DNA of 64,000 nt from Phyllosticta citribraziliensis. Its lineage: Eukaryota. Numbering within the stretch: position 1 is the first letter of the stretch; each line of letters starts with the position of its first letter. The stretch spans positions 3,100,001-3,164,000 of the forward strand of contig NW_027117338.1 of the NCBI RefSeq assembly GCF_038025025.1. The letters are read 5' to 3'. Under the pieces are notes generated by a model. It had not been told where the DNA came from and searched no databases. It was given only the letters and a program-made list of their open reading frames with translations. Below are positions 45,801 to 60,332 of this stretch, piece by piece. The translations under genes and the position numbers were made by a program.

Positions 45801-48800
45801 TCGTCGCAGATTCTGTTGAAATCCTGCGGCGACTCTTGCTGCTGGTGGAGCTTGAGCAGCGACAAGAAGGCCTGGAAGAAGATCCTCCTAGGGGTCGGCG
45901 CGTCTGATACGGCCTTGATACTCGATTCGAGCTGCTCGCGCGTCTCGTTGTTGGTCCAGGCATCAAACTGTCGCCACATTGCCTCCAGGTAGAGATCGCT
46001 AAAGTTCTCGTGCTTGGCAAAGTCGCTCAGAATCTCCCACTGCTGAAGCTTTTGAGCGCAAAGAACCCAGTGGTCCTCCCAAAGCATGTACTCTTGCTGC
46101 GAGAAAGGCAGGGCATTGGTGCGGGCCTTGAGCTGGGCTGATTCATACAGCTTCTGCGCATTGTCCCACATGCCATTTTGCTCGTAGGAGAGGGCAGCGT
46201 TGGTCTCGACGAATTGACAGCGCCTCCTCCACGTGCCATAGAACAAGTCTTGCTCCTCAAGCTGACAGTACGCCTGTAAAAGCGAATCGAGGTTGCTATC
46301 TCTAATAGCCGGCGTGTCAATGATGGGATCGATGGCGTAGCTCTCCATGTAGCACAGCGCCGTGTACCAAGCGTTGTACGTCTGCGCCAGAAACTTCATG
46401 ATGTGAGGAGGGAACTTAACCCTAGGCCTTGCCTTGACAATGGCCTTGAGCATCGTCTGAACACAGTTGGGCCGCTCATCGATGGATTGGATGTGGAAGT
46501 CCTTGGTCAGCAGCGCCACGAGGCCCTTCTCCAGATCGGCCTGATCATCTCTAGACAGAGCTGACCAGCAGAGCGGAAAGAGGTGGACCCAAATATCGCT
46601 CGCGAGATTTGAGTCGACATGCTGGAGATGCACGAGCGGCTCCAGCAAATCTCGCACCTTGACTTCGCCGAGCGACTGGACGAACTGGCGATGCTGTGCA
46701 ATGAGCGACTCGAGCGAGTCGTCAACCATGACGTCGCCCACGCGCGAGTCTCCCTTGTACGTGTTGTAGAACGTCGAGAGCTGGGTGACATAAAAGTCCT
46801 CGTGGTGCCGTTTCGCTGCAGCACTCCTCTCGATCGAGCCAAACATGAGGTGAATGACCTGATTGAGCCAGAAAGACCGACCCAAGATATCCCAGTTTTG
46901 ACACGCAATGACGTAGTTGAGGCGAGCGCTGGCCGTCCGGCTCAGGCTCTTGTCGAAGATGGTCATGAAGCGATTGCGCATGTCGACGTCCTCTGCCCTC
47001 GTGCCGATGAGGAAAGCATGCTCCATGCGGACCGTGAGTTCCGACCGCGTGATCTTGGGGTCCTCGTATATCCGAATGACGAGGTTGAGGAACTTGGTGA
47101 GAAGTGTCTTGTCGGCGCGCTGCTCAAACGCCTGCATTTTGGACAGGACAGCCGTCTTCTCCTTAAGAGTCGGGACCGGCTCGCTGCTATCAAAGATCCA
47201 CTCCTCGGTCAGGTCGACAATCTTTTGGCAAATGGCATTGCTAGGCGAGCGCTCCACCAGGGAGGCCAACACGGTCAAGAACGGCCTTCGCTGGTCACCC
47301 AGATGCGGCATGCGCGAAGCCAGGAAATCAATGGCCTTGAGGATCAGGCTGACCTGGACCTCGTGCTCAAAGGACCCAACAGCAGGGCCGTTGGCCTGAT
47401 CCGGCCGCGGCGCCGTGCCCGCCTGCCCCTGAGCCTGGGTCGGTGCGGTGAGATGCTCCCTGCTCAGAATGTTCAGCACTTTGCACATGGACGCAATGTG
47501 CTCGGCAGCAATGTCGTCCGGCCGCCGTTGGCACATGGTCCACAGCAAGTTGATGGCCGCGAGGTTGTTGTTGTTGGACAGCGTTTCCGTAGCCACTTGG
47601 TTGCAAAAGGCGACAAACTCGGTGGCAGGCGTCTCCTCCACGGTCCCCTCTTCGTCAGTTTTCGGCTCGGGCAAGACCTCGAGGACACGCTTCAGGAGCG
47701 GCTGGAGTTTGAGCTTGCTGTCCTCGTCCGGCGGCGTGTGCAAACAGTCTTGAATCTCGGCATTGTCGCTGCGAATCAGCTTCTCGAGCATCTTCTGCAG
47801 CTGCGGGAGGTGTGCGATGATCCAGTCGGCCGACTTGACATTAACGAGCACGCCGAGGATTTGGAGGACGTTGATGAGCCGCGTCGTGTGCAGCTCGGGC
47901 TTCTCATTCTCGCCAGTCTTTGGCTCCGACAGGCAGAAATTCTCCGCGCGAGACAGAATACCATCAATCTCCAAGTCACCCCAGTAAAAGGGCGAGAGCA
48001 TTTCGTGAAGAAGCCATAGTCCCATCTGACAAGCCTCGGTCGAAGCTGGAGGAAGGGCAGGAGGGGGGCTCATCGAGTCTTTCAGCTTGGCCGACGGCAC
48101 AGGGTACCGCTCATGCATGTTCATGATGAAGTGCACAAGATACTTGATCAACGTCAAGCGCAGCGGAGTGGGCGCGACAAACGACCTCTGCGGCAGGTCA
48201 GGCGCGACCATCGTGCCATCATGCCTACGTTTGGGAGATCTAGGCACAGGAGAAAGACGAAGCTGCTCAAGTGTCAAACCCGACTCCTGGGCTGACCGTT
48301 CTTCCCATCGGCGGATCAGGTTAATCAGATTGAGGATGATTCTCTTATGATCGCCACTGAGGTTAGGCGGCTGGGCAATCTTGGACAGCGAATGGATGAT
48401 GGTTTGCGAAAGAGGCTCTCTGGCCTCGTAAAACAGGTCCGGGTGCCGCACGAGGAAGTTGAAGATGGAAATGAGCTGCTGTAGGTTCGAGCTCTCCTCG
48501 GCCAGGATTCTCTTAGGGATTCTAGCCCACATGGGCGGCGACTTGTTGTCGACGCTGCCAGTGCACTTCTTGAGGACGGGGGCAAGCACCTCGAGGGCCT
48601 GCATCATCAGCGGGCGACCCTCGTTCTGATGCGCTTTGAGAAGCTGCGAGTAGATCTGCATGGCAATCTTCGGTGGCGTGTCGTAATGCGCGATGAAGAA
48701 CGTAATGAGCACGTAGGCGGCGTGCTTGTTGATAATGTCTTCCGAGCGAAGGTAATTCCATCCAAACTTGATAATGTCCTTTCGCGATTCGTGGATGACC

Positions 48801-51800
48801 GTGTGGTGATATTTGACAATCAGCGCCGTCATCTGCAGCAGCTCCATTCGCGAGTGATCGACGCCCGGCTGGCCCGGCTCTTCAACCTGGTCGGCAGCAT
48901 AGACGCGCCACAGGCGGTTGTTGATGGTCTCGGCCATGGCCCTATCCATGAACTTGGTGCCCTTTGTGGTGCCCTTGGCTGCGCCGAAGAGGCTGTCCCA
49001 GTTGCGCATGACGTCCATTGCGATGATGGGGTTGACGATGTAGTGGATGACAAACGTCTTGGTCTTTTGCATCGTGTTGCGCCCCGTGAAGAGATCAATA
49101 CAGCGCGTCACCAACGTCCGCCAGTAGTCGGGGCTATCGCTGGAAATCATTTGCTTGTAAATGAAGTGGAAGAGCGACGGGCAGGCCTTGAGCTCCTCGG
49201 CCGTCACGGCTTCCACAACCTCGACGAAAAAGTCCAGATTGTCGGGCTCGTGCGTTAGGTAGTTGGTAAAGACGGACATGATATCCTCGCCTGCCTGCTC
49301 GACAGCGAGCCGCAGGTTCGCCTCGATTTCATTCTTCCGATGTCGCGTCTCCAATAACTTGCCTGACTCGAGCAAGGCCTTGCGCAGGTCGGGGTTTTTG
49401 ACGAGCCAAGTGCTAGTCTCAGGATGCTTGCACACTGAGTGGACCACATGGATTGCATTGATGGCGGCCGGACACCGCTTCTGGTCATCGTCGATCATGA
49501 ACGAGTTGATGAAACCCTGCGTGTCTTCGACGACAGCTGCCCTGAGAGGACCACTCGCGGGATCGGCAACCAGCTGGGCAAAGAAGCGGCCATTCGGATG
49601 ATCCCTAACCATCGGTGCGAACTCGTTCCACGCCTCCTTTGGATAGTGGTTGAGGTACTTGATCAACGGCTTCCTGAACGGGCTGTAATGCGTCCTCCGC
49701 AACGACGCTTCCAGCTCCATGACTCTTTGGACCAAAGCACCCAAGAAGTTGACTGCCGCGCTGGGCAAGAGGTGGAAAATGTTGAGGATGGCCGTGACCG
49801 TCTTCATTGGGCGGTTCTGCTCAATCAGAGTAAACGAGACGGACTGCAACACGCGTTGGTCGGCAATGATCTTCATGTGGTCGAGCAAGCGCGCGCCGAT
49901 TTCCACCTTGAAGTAGTTGGTCAGGAGCTTCAGCAACCGCGCCAACCCATCCAAGCCCTCGACCGTCAGCTTCTTGGGGTCCTGAAGATTGACCAGGATG
50001 GGACGAAGTCCACTTTGCAGCACATCCTTGGGCAGCTTGTTGGTAGTGTGCAGCACGCCCTGCAATCCAGCATTGGCAGCCTCGACCACTTGCGGCGATT
50101 TGGAGTAAAGTGCCTTGAAGAAGACGGCAATGACACGGAGAAAAGTCTGATTCGCTGAGGTCGAAGTGAATTCAGGGAAAGTCTGGGCGGTTGAGAGGAG
50201 CTTGATGCAAGCCACACGGAGGTTGACAATGGCCTCGGCGTTGCGCTGCTCGTGGGGTTTAGCAGTAAGGCCTTCGTCCTCGGCGTCAGCAAGAGCCAGT
50301 GCCTCGGTGAGAAGACGGGTCAACAACTCGTCAAACTTGAGAACTCCGTGTCCGAGCTTAAGACAGAAAGTCACTGCGTCGATGTAGCCGATTTGGGTCG
50401 AGAAAGGAAGGGCCCGGAGGGGTTTGTTGAAAATGGGGTCCAGCAGCCTCTTGCTGACAGGCAGGACCAACTCGTGCATCTCCGCGCCAGACAATTCCGC
50501 AATGACCTTGAGGTTTTCCTGCGCCGCCTTGCGGACGTACTTGTTCAAGTGCGAAAGCATGGTTACGAGGAACCCGCACAGACTGAGAAGCTTGTTGTGT
50601 TGATCCGGAGGCTTGGACAGATCCTCCTTGGACCAAAGGCCACCGCACCTCCGCAGCAGCTTCTCGAGCGTCCGCTGCGCGTTGACGCGTGTTGAACTGG
50701 TCAGGTCGAGAGGCATGTCTTGCATGACGTAGATCAGCGCTCGTGCAAACTGGTTGAGACGCTGGCCCTCCGTGACCCAAGCGTCGGTGACGCCGAGTTT
50801 TGTTGTCAGAATCTCGATACCGAGCACGCCGCCGTGCTTGATGAACCACTCTTCCTGATGGCAATTGTGGCAGAAGAGGTCGGCCAAGTTCTTGAACAGG
50901 GGAAGCTTCTCAGCCTTCTCGGACGAGCCGCATAATGTGACGATAGAGTTGTACAGGGTCTTGAGCGCCTCTTCAGCAGCATCGACGACCAGGGCGTTAT
51001 CAGAGGCCAAAGACTCTCCAATGGCTTCATGAAGTACCCTGCTCTCGATGACGATCGGGCCCTCCCCAGAGTTGACATCGAACGGTTTCTTCTTGTGCTT
51101 AACGAATGCCAAAGCGTGTCCGAGCTCCAAAAGGGCAAAGTGTCGAGAGATGCTGTGAATGAAGGCGTAAGCGTCGTCCTTGAGCTCGGGGATTGATGCG
51201 GCTGTCATGTTGGCTTTGAGCAGTCTTCTCAGCGTCTCGTGCTCGTCATTCATCTTGACAATCGACCGCTCCCTCTCCGATGCATCGAGGGTATCGGCGC
51301 CGACGTCATGCTTGCCCGACACAAAGTCCTCGGCTTGTAGACGGACTAGTTGTGCCATGTCATCAGGCAAGTGATCCGACCCGAGGATGAGCTTGATTTG
51401 CGCGATGATGAACTTGAATGCCTGCTGCTTGTGGAAGATGTCCGACTTCTTCGCGGCGGGTGTCTTGGGAGACTCGCTGAGCTTGGCCATGGCGTTCTCA
51501 ATGCCAATGGACGTTGGAAAAGCACGATCCTTGGCCGAGCCAATTAATCGAATGTCGTAGCTGGCCTCGTCGTCTGCGTATGCTTTGAAGTCGAGCTCCG
51601 GCGGCGCATGCAAAAACTTGCGGTTGCGGCCTCCCAGTTTGCCGAGGATGCGCATGGTTGTGTGTGCGTGAAAGTGGCTGTAGGGCGCAGGCTTCAGGTG
51701 CTCCCAAAGTCCCTGCATGAGCTCGTCAATGACGGGCGCCATGATTGGGTCGAGGTAGTCAGCGGTGAGATTATCAACGCAGAGCTCGAGGGTGCGCAAC

Positions 51801-54474
51801 CCTTGGCCAACAAGATCAGAACCTGCTCGTAGAGCCACGACCAGTGGCCGCATGAGGTAGCTCAGATGCGGCAATAAATTGCTCAATCGCGCCGGAACGG
51901 TTAGGGACAGCTCCACGAACAAATCGCGGTCTGCAGGCTTTCGTGCGGCCATGAGCAGGTTATTCAACACCTCCAGGAGCATCTCAAGCAAGGGCAGAAT
52001 CTCCTTGTACAGGAGCTCAAAGCGACCACCGCCAATGCTCCTGAACAGCGACCGCAGCAGCAAAAAGTAATTCATTGGCTCTTCTGCTGTCGTCGAGAGC
52101 TCAATCGACTTGGTCACAATTTTGGTGACGTGTGGCAAGAGCACCTGCTCATTCTGCTGCGAGAAGAGCGTGACGGCCATGAAAGAAAGCTTGAACAGCC
52201 GGAGCAAAATGACGGATCTCCTAACGTCAGACGTGCCGACCTGGTCAATTTTGCCCATGAGGAATTGAAGCAGCATGCCGGCGAAGCTTGGGGAGGTTGC
52301 TTCGCTGGCGAGAAGGAATTGTGGGACGTGGAGGAGCGAGTATTGATCGAACATCATGTCGTAAAGGTGGGGTATCTCGGATTCAAAGACTTCGTGAAAG
52401 GTGGCGGGATCGATGTGGTGGAAGACGGTGGCAAACGTCTCCAACAGCTCCTTCTCCTCCTTGCTGCTGGTTGATATTTGCTGCGAGCCCATCAGCTCGC
52501 TCGGAGACATGTTTTGTTGCTCGTTCGGCTGCTTGTCGACGCCGTAGTAGCGGAATACTTGGGCACCCTCGCGGAACAGCTTAATGAGAACCTCGACCTC
52601 CTCGGCATTGTACCCATACGAGACCTCATGCCAATTGGCCGGCGTCGCAACGCTCGGATCAATTTCTTCCTTGATCTTTGGAGGATTGCATGCCCGGAGC
52701 TGGTAGAACAAGTTTTTGAGGCCGTGCAGGAGATTCTTGAAGAGGAACTTGTTGTCGCCAACGGGATCAGAGGCCCGCTCGCGAGGGTTTGTCGGCTTGA
52801 TTGGCGGTGCAGCAAAAATGTCAATCTCGTCCCAATCCGGGGGACTTTCTTTTTCCGCGAGAAAGTTTTCTGGTGATGCTTCGATCGTGGGAGGGGAAGA
52901 CGTTTTCGAAAGTTTGACGGCATTGTCGTACTGTCGATTCATGGCAGCAAACTTGTCGCCTATGGCGTTGAGGATCATGATGAGGTAGTAGCGGGCTTCT
53001 TCCTTGGGCTCAAGCCTGGCTATGCACTCGGCCATGTTCAGAAGCAACTTCGCACTCATGGTCTGAAAGCTTGCGCCCGGGAAATTGTCGTGCAAGTTCT
53101 TGGTGTAGACTTCGATCGTCCTCCGTATCTGCTCGCGAGACAGGCTCTCCCTCAAGTGGTGGATGAGATCGGCCAGCATACTATACGCAAGCGGACGCAT
53201 AGTCTCATACACGGTGAGTCCGTCTCCAATTAGTGTCCGCTCGTCCAGAAGCTCATCAATCTTGTCGAGGAAGATTTTTCGAAAGTTGAAATTGATAATG
53301 TGCCGGATGGCGACGAGCAGCTCCTTGCGCCCACCAGACTTCTCCCGCGGACAGTCTTGCAGCAGCCGTACAACAATTTCCGGTAGGACATGGAGAAAGT
53401 CTTGGATATGCTGAGCATATGAGCGGAGCAGGTAGGCCAGAAAGCTCATGGTCTTGACTTGGGCGAGGATGAATTCTCCAAATGCAGCCCGATTCTTGAT
53501 GTCCTTGCTCACGCCAGCGAAGATGTCGCCTCGCGCCTTCGCTTCAGCATGTGCCTTTTCTTGCGGCGCTGCCTGCAGCATCAAGATATTCTTAATGAGC
53601 GGGACAAAGCGCTTCACGTTTCGTTGAGTGCATTGCCGATATGCCTGGAAGATTGAGACGACAATGATTGGACACTCTGCCAGGACCTTGAACGATTGCA
53701 TGCCCTTGAGCAGATGTCGTGTCTGTTGCGCCTCGCCTCCTATATCGCCCGCAACTGAAGACGACGCCGATGCACCTGGCGAGCCGGGTCGTGGCGATTG
53801 CGAGTATTGTGTGTTGCTCGGTGTCGAGGGAACAGCCTGCGAGGCGGAGCCGGTAGGATTGTCAAACGTGTCTTTGACGGTGGCGTCCATGTTCTCAAAC
53901 ATCTCGGCAATGAGGTCGAGGAACGGCTGGACCCTATCTGCCAAAGTCTTGGTCTGATAGCGCTCAAAGTCCATGATGGTCTTCATGCACAGCACGGCAT
54001 TGTCCTCATTCTCAGTCCTCACCAGCGCCATCAGTCGGTCGACAATCTGCGGGGCATACGGCTCGAGTACTTCGGGGGGCGACATTGGTAACCGATGGAG
54101 GATCTCTAATATGCAGTTGCGCAGCCTCTGGAAACGGAGTCATTACTCTGGTCTCAAAAGTGATCTGGGCGCGCCCGCGACATACCTGCTCCGGTGAAGT
54201 GCTTATGAAGACGGGTTGTCCCTCAAGCAGCTTGAGGAACACGGGTATAAATTTCTCCAGAAAGACATTGTAAGTCGAGCCGGAGCACAACTGCTCGATG
54301 GTGTCGCGGATTTCAGTCGCCGCGCCCGTCTTGACTTTGAGGTCTGTATGAAGTTCCAGTCAGCCCACGACTGCCCTGAACATTACCGGTGACGCTTGCG
54401 GAAGGGGGCATTGCCGTACCCGAAGCTGGATCTACCAGCTTGTTGAGGAAGACGTCGAAGTTTCTGTCGGCCAT
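42848..54474 (-). CDS. TRA1: Transcription-associated protein 1 (TRRAP; SAGA/NuA4 PIKK pseudokinase), ~3830 aa
   Basis: ATG 54474 (MADRNFD...), introns 54419-54344 and 54185-54128, then a ~3.7k-codon exon. SFKVLAECPIIVV, LSLTVPARLSNLLPHL, GLRTLELCVDNL, FAT region [22 protein letters not shown], PIKK-like NPEPVPFRLTPN, FATC end DPLWMPYL. Confidence 0.99.
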
Positions 54475-55264
54475 GGTGACGGAGTCGACGGCTTGTCAGC
54501 CGCGGAGCAGCGTCGCTCGCAAGCAGTTGGCCTTGTGTGTGTTGTCGCCTTTTGAGGCCGTCGACAGCTTAGCCTTGTGCCGTAAAGCCTTCAGTCGTGG
54601 CGGCGCATTGAGGTTGGTATGTGGTGAGAGGCCAGTAGCAGTGTTGCAGGCTATGCGGTTCGCCGTTCAGCAGGTGTGGATAGGTCTTGTTTGGCGAGGG
54701 AGAAAGAAGGTGACGGTCGGAGGCAGCTTTGCGAAGTGCGGCGACTTTGTAACGGCGTGGAGGGGCTAATTCGAGCGCGAGGAGAGGGCTGCGCTGGCGG
54801 GACGTGGTGTGGGGAGCTTGAGCTGCGAGAGAGAACGGCGCTGGGAACGCGGATGAGCGAACGCGCCGGTAGAAACTACGCCGATCTTTGCTGCTTGGGG
54901 CAGCCATCTCAGCCCTAACACCATGCCTTTGTGGTTCAGGGCATGGTTCCCTGAGCACGCGCCTCACTCCAGCACCGCTAACCCGCCCTTGACTTCAGTA
55001 TCTCTCACTTCGAAAGTCACTTTCAATGCTGCACAATCCAGTTCCTCCCTTTGTCTTGCTCGAAATCTTTTGTGTTCTAGCATACTGATGCTATCGCTCA
55101 GTCCTACGCCTTCTTCATAGAACTTTCTACGCAGCGCTCCCGGTACCAGACTGGAAACTCTTAATACACCTTCAAGCCACCGAAAGCAGAAAGAAACGGG
55201 TATCTCCAGAACAGAAAACTTTGTTAGCGCCAGCCCTTGGCGCGTTTATTCAACCCTCAACCCC

Positions 55265-58200
55265 TCAGCTTCGCCTTTCGCGGTCCCTCTCCAAATTCAT
55301 GGCGCGATCCAGCGAGCTCCTCGTCCTAGCCTTGCCGTTGCTCGGCCGCTCATCTGCACTCTGTCTGCCGAGACCATCGCTGCTCGTATCCTCAAATTCA
55401 TCCTCGTCGTCATCATCATCCTCATCATCGTCGGCGTCGGGGACGTTTCTCTCGCCCAACTCGGGCATGCGCTTGCGTTCAAAATCTTGCGCATGAGCCG
55501 CGTGGAGAAACGTGGTTGTCCGCGAAATGTTTCGCTGCAGCGGAGTACCATGGTCGCCGATGCTGCGCGTGTGCGAGCGCTGCGCTTCGAGATGCGCGCC
55601 ATCCTGATCAGTCGAAGCACCGGTTCCTGTTTGGGCGCTACGCGCCGAAGGGGGGCGACGGCGCGTCTCGCCATTTTCATGTGCCGACGGCGACTGAGGA
55701 AAGCTTTCTTCCGACGTCGCTGGAATGCTGTACGGTAGCGGTATGTCGCGCGAGGCACGGAATCGACCAACATTGGTGCAGTGTTCGTTTTCAACGCGGA
55801 AGATGGTCCACATGCCTCGGCGGAAGACTTCCGACAGACCGATGATGAAGGAAAGAATGGCCGAGTGCTGCAGGTCATTACCGTAGATGGCATAAAAGAT
55901 CCAGTTGAAGCGCAGAATCGGATCCAGGAAAATGGCGACGTAGTACATCCAGACATGTTTGTAGCCAAGATAGTTTCGAAGAAACGGCCTTTTGGCCTGT
56001 GGATCCAACAAGCCTGATCAAGTTAGTCACGACCTACTCGGAAACATGGCTTTGACTTACTGAAATCCATGAGGAGGTCCCAGACGCTGGTGTATAAGCC
56101 GTTGATTGTGGCAAACGCGATGAATAAACTTTTCATCGACAGCGTCTTTTCGATGCGATACATACTCAACGTCACGTAAAAGAGAATCGAAGCAGTGTAT
56201 TTGCCGCAGTTGACCAGATGTGGAAAAACATTGCGTGTGTCATGGTAACGTCGGATGCATTGGAAAGCACGCCATATGCTGGGCAGAGTCGTGAAGAAAC
56301 CAAGAAGTCGTGAGTGCGAAGAATTGCACTGAGCAGGGGCGGTCCACCCCTGCGCGTATAGACAAAAGAAAAGCTCAATGTTCTGAAGACGGGTCAGCCA
56401 TGACTAGTTAGAGTGGAGCCAAAAGCTTACCCCCATGGCGTATGTCAGGGAACAAAACATGTCGCCGACGAAGAAATCACGGAACTCGACTGGGTAGATT
56501 CCTGCTAAGACCAGGCGCCACTGGAAACTGTTAACAGACATCCAAGTGACAGCAAATTTGGTCTTACCAAAGTGTACGCAAACCACTTGCGGCTATGGTG
56601 GTAGAGCACCCGTGCAGGGAAGAACATCACAACGAGCGTGACGAAGAAGAGTATGACGGGGTAGTAAATGTAGAGACTGTCCCCGCCATAGCGATTAAAG
56701 TTGACCCACATGAATAGGCCCTCGAGGAAGAAGAAGAAGCTTGGTATCTACGCATGTCAGCAAGTCTCAATCGGCTTCCCTCAACAACGATGCTTACCTC
56801 GCACAATTGCCGCCAATCGAGCTGTGTCCGCGAATCGAACTCAAACACGAAGCCATAATTGATTTTTTGCGTCGACCACAACCGACAGTCCACACAGAAC
56901 AGGAGGAAGAGGAGCAGCATCAGGAAGTACCCGGCGTATAGCTGGAGCAAGAAGCTAGTGTGCACTTCGAGCATAGCGTCGGAACTTCTCGCGAGCGAAG
57001 AAGCTTGGACAAGCCCTTGGATACCAAACACAGCCCCCGTCGCCAAGAAGATGCCGTTGCGGAACGTGGAGTCGGTGTAGTCACCCGCTCGCGCGGACTT
57101 GACCCTCAGCTTGCCAATCGCCACCTTGTGGTTGCCGCTGTAAAAGTACCTGGCGTACAAGTCCTCGGTTGCGTGAATGTAGTTTTCGATCACGTCGCTC
57201 TTAACGAACCAGGCCTTGTTCACCTTCTCATTCATGTATCGCATCGCCGGTCTGGCGTTGACGGTCTTGTCGTACTTTTTGTTGATTTTGCGGAATGCGG
57301 TGCGGTTGAGGAGAGCATAAGACTTGAGAAGCTCCAAGCCCCGGTAGTATTCTTGCAATGCGACCTTGAGCTTGCGCTTTGCGGTCCGGTATGGGACAGT
57401 GGTCGGCTCTTGCCGACGGGTGTAATCGCGTCGGTCATGGAATTGGCGAGGCGTTCCCAGGTCTGCAATCGAGTTGGAGGCTTTGCTGGGCGTTCTAGAG
57501 TGCGCGATCTTGTCGGGGAGCTTTTTGGCAGCTTGGACTACCGCGTCCAGAGGATTTGACCAGATCTTGGATTCCGATTCGCCGTTTTCCAGATGCGGAC
57601 CCACCAACGCATCAGCGGCAGCCTGCTGACGCAGATCGACCGGTACCTTGTGCGACCGAGAAGTGGTAATCTCCTCCAAACGGCGATCGCGCATGCTATG
57701 CAGCTGCTCTCGAAGAATCACAAGCCGCTTTGTCGCTTCATCTTCTTTTTCTTTGTAAAAAGTCTCAATCTTTTCCAGCTCTTGGTCCAGAAATTGAAAG
57801 AATTCTTGCTGGCGCGTGTCGATATCCTTATAAGCCTCGAGTGGCACATCTGCATCCTGTACGATGGCCGTGGTTCCGAGCGACAAGACCTTTTTCAACT
57901 GAACTCGAGATCCCTCGGTGACGGGAGAAATGTATGTCCTTTTCGCCTGGAATATTCCCTTAAAATTTCCCTGCGAGTTCGATCTTGGCGGAGGTATGGC
58001 TGGGCTGCTGTGTTGTCGCGGAGGTACGTGCCTCTTGGGTGTGGTGGGAGGCGACACTGAACTTCCCCTGCGTTTGTTTGGCGGCGGGTCAGGGTGGTCA
58101 GGGTCGATCGCGGGGTCCGGCAACGCCAGAGTGGATAGATTCCCCCCTCGGGACCTCAGCGGAGGTGAACCTAGAATGCTCCCATATCGTGTCAGAGGGA

Positions 58201-58642
58201 CAGGTGCCTCGTCATTGCCCTCTGACCTCTTGATGAGGGCCTCCCGTGGTCCGCCAATACCTGGTATGTCGCGCGGTCTTGCTGCACCCGCATCTTCGTT
58301 TGTATCGTCGGAGTTTTCTGTGTCCTTGATATCGGCTCGATGTAGGGCGTGCGCAGAGGTCACAGGGGCAGAGTGAGCCAGTCGCTTGGGCGGGTCCCTG
58401 GGAGTCTGCTGTGTAGCATTTCGCAAAGCCCGTGAAATGGCCTTGAGCTTCTTCTTTCCGAGCTGTCGACGCAAAGTCAGCGATACGCTTCGCGCAAATG
58501 AAGCCGCGCTCCGGCACCTTGTAGTTCAAGTATTTGGCTCGCCACTCCGGGACCAACTCTCGCTCCAACTCCCTAATCAATGGTTAGCGTGGTAGCGGTG
58601 AGGAGGTAGAGTAACGAGGGGCGCGTACTTTGCGAACTTCAT
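55265..58642 (-). CDS. SYG1: SPX-EXS domain protein (SYG1/XPR1/PHO1 family phosphate transporter/sensor)
   Basis: Spliced start MKFAK-ELERELVPEWRAKYLNYK-LGKKKLK (SPX), FFQFLDQELEKIETFY, LLKSYALLNRTAFRKINKKYDK, then EXS motifs INYGFVFEFD, YPVEFRDFFVGDMFCS, LRFNWIFY, EVFRRGMWTIFRVENEHCTNVGRFRASRDIPLPY; multiple short introns. Confidence 0.96.
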
Positions 58643-59694
58643 CCGCGGTCAAGGCAGTCGATCGAAGTTTAGAGCTGCAGAGTCTCGCCAGCCGACAAAC
58701 AGGGCAAACGACAGGAAGGAGAAGATGAGTGGAGTGTGCAGAAAAAAAAAGACATTCGGACGGTTTTGGCCGTCGGTCGTTGTTGCGGCCTTGGCACACC
58801 ACGCTTCTTCCCGTCCGGGGCTCCCCGCGCCGCGCGCGCCCCACCCTTCTGGCTGTGGCAGATCCCGTCCGATCGCTGCCCTTGGCGACCCAAAGAAAAC
58901 AAAAACGCTTCACCGACGCGCCCATCAAGGTCGCCAACCTTCTTGTCGACTCTGGGCACCACTCGACACCACCTCACCGTCTCCAAACTTGAAAGGCTCG
59001 CGTCCTGGAAAGGCAGTCGGCCCGTCCGGGCTGTGTCTGTCGAATCGGCTTCGTGACCGTCAACCCGGCTTCTCCAGGGCAAGCTGGCGAGGTTGCAACC
59101 ATGTACGTCACTGGGACTCGCCGACACCACAAGAAATCCATGCCTATCGAGGTGGCATTCCGTGGGACAATGCCCGGCATGACTGCTGCCCGACTTGCCA
59201 CAGCTCCAGACGATGGCAGTGGTTTCTGGACGTAAAAGCTTGCGCAGGGCTCAGAAATGAGAACAACGCAACAAACACCAAATTTCCTCGCCGATGACGC
59301 TCGAAGTCTTCATGAGCCATCTGGATCTCCGGCAGGCGGCTATATTTAGTGTGGGCGTCGATGGCGTCTAGACCTTGCCTTTTCGAGCTCCTGACCGCTC
59401 AACCCCCGCTTTTGCTCGACAGCGCAGGATTCCAGGCCTTGGGCGAGGGGCTTGTCGCTTGTCGTCATCACGCTGCCGGGTCAAGTGTTGCTGGGTCTCA
59501 AGCTTCGAGTGGGCTGTCAACAGTACTAACTCTTTGTAGGCCACTCAACTATACACCGGCTAACCATGGCGACAAACCCACACATGTTCATGCACAAGTC
59601 ACAGCACAAAATCTTTCCTTGCTTGAGTTTGAATTTCATTCATTCATGTTGAGGACTGCTTTGGTCCTCTTTCGGATATCTTCAAATCGTATAT

Positions 59695-60206
59695 CTAGAA
59701 GCCGCCAAACTCGCGCTCGAGCCTCTCGTTGGGGCCGTGGTCGGGGTGGTACTCGTCCCGGCCACCGTAGTGCTCGTCGTACATGTTCTCGGCGTTCTTC
59801 TTGGCCTGGTGCTTGGCCTTCTCGCGGTCAACCCAGTCGGCACCCTTGGATTCGGCGAGCTTGTCGACCTCGGCGGCAGCGAAACCGGCGAGGAGCTCCT
59901 TGGCGAAAGCGTGCTGGACGGGCTTCCCTAGTCGGCGTCAGTGTTGTTTTCTGTGCAAGGGGGACATGAGGAAGCTTACCCTGCTTGCGCTGGTGGTCCT
60001 CAAAGGCCTTGAAGCCGGCGAAAGCGGCACCGCCAGCGAGCACCTCGTGGCTCAAGCTGGACTCGTTGTGCTCCTGCTCGTTGACCTGCTTATAGGCGTC
60101 GTGAGATTCACCTGTGGTTCGTCAGTCAGCAACGGTCTCGCAGTGCAAAGAGGGGCACTGAGCGGGGTAGCTCTCAGGGGCGAAACTTACCCCAACCGAA
60201 AGGCAT
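59695..60206 (-). CDS. cipC: CipC-like protein (DUF3759 family), ~126 aa
   Basis: Introns 60190-60112 and 59979-59928 give MPFGWGESHDAYKQVNEQEHNESSLSHEVLAGGAAFAGFKAFEDHQRKQGKPVQHAFAKELLAGFAAAEVDKLAESKGADWVDREKAKHQAKKNAENMYDEHYG...; not recovered as one ORF by the ORF track. Confidence 0.93.
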
Positions 60207-60324
60207 GTTGACTGATTTGTAGAGGGTATTGAAAGAGGTGGATTGGTGTTGGAATTGAGGTTGAAGGAGGTTGGTGAGATTGTTGGATTGCTGATGATGG
60301 CAATAACGACGGACAGATGAGGGG

Positions 60325-60332
60325 GTATAAAT
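60325..60332 (-). promoter_or_regulatory. Putative TATA box of the cipC-like gene
   Basis: TATTTATA on the minus strand ~120 bp upstream of the ATG, followed by a C/A-rich leader. Confidence 0.45.

Noticed and set aside
42779..50695. Long plus-strand ORFs (e.g. 44585-45907, 46619-48019) opposite TRA1
   Set aside because: Antisense shadows of strong GC3 codon bias; no motifs of their own.
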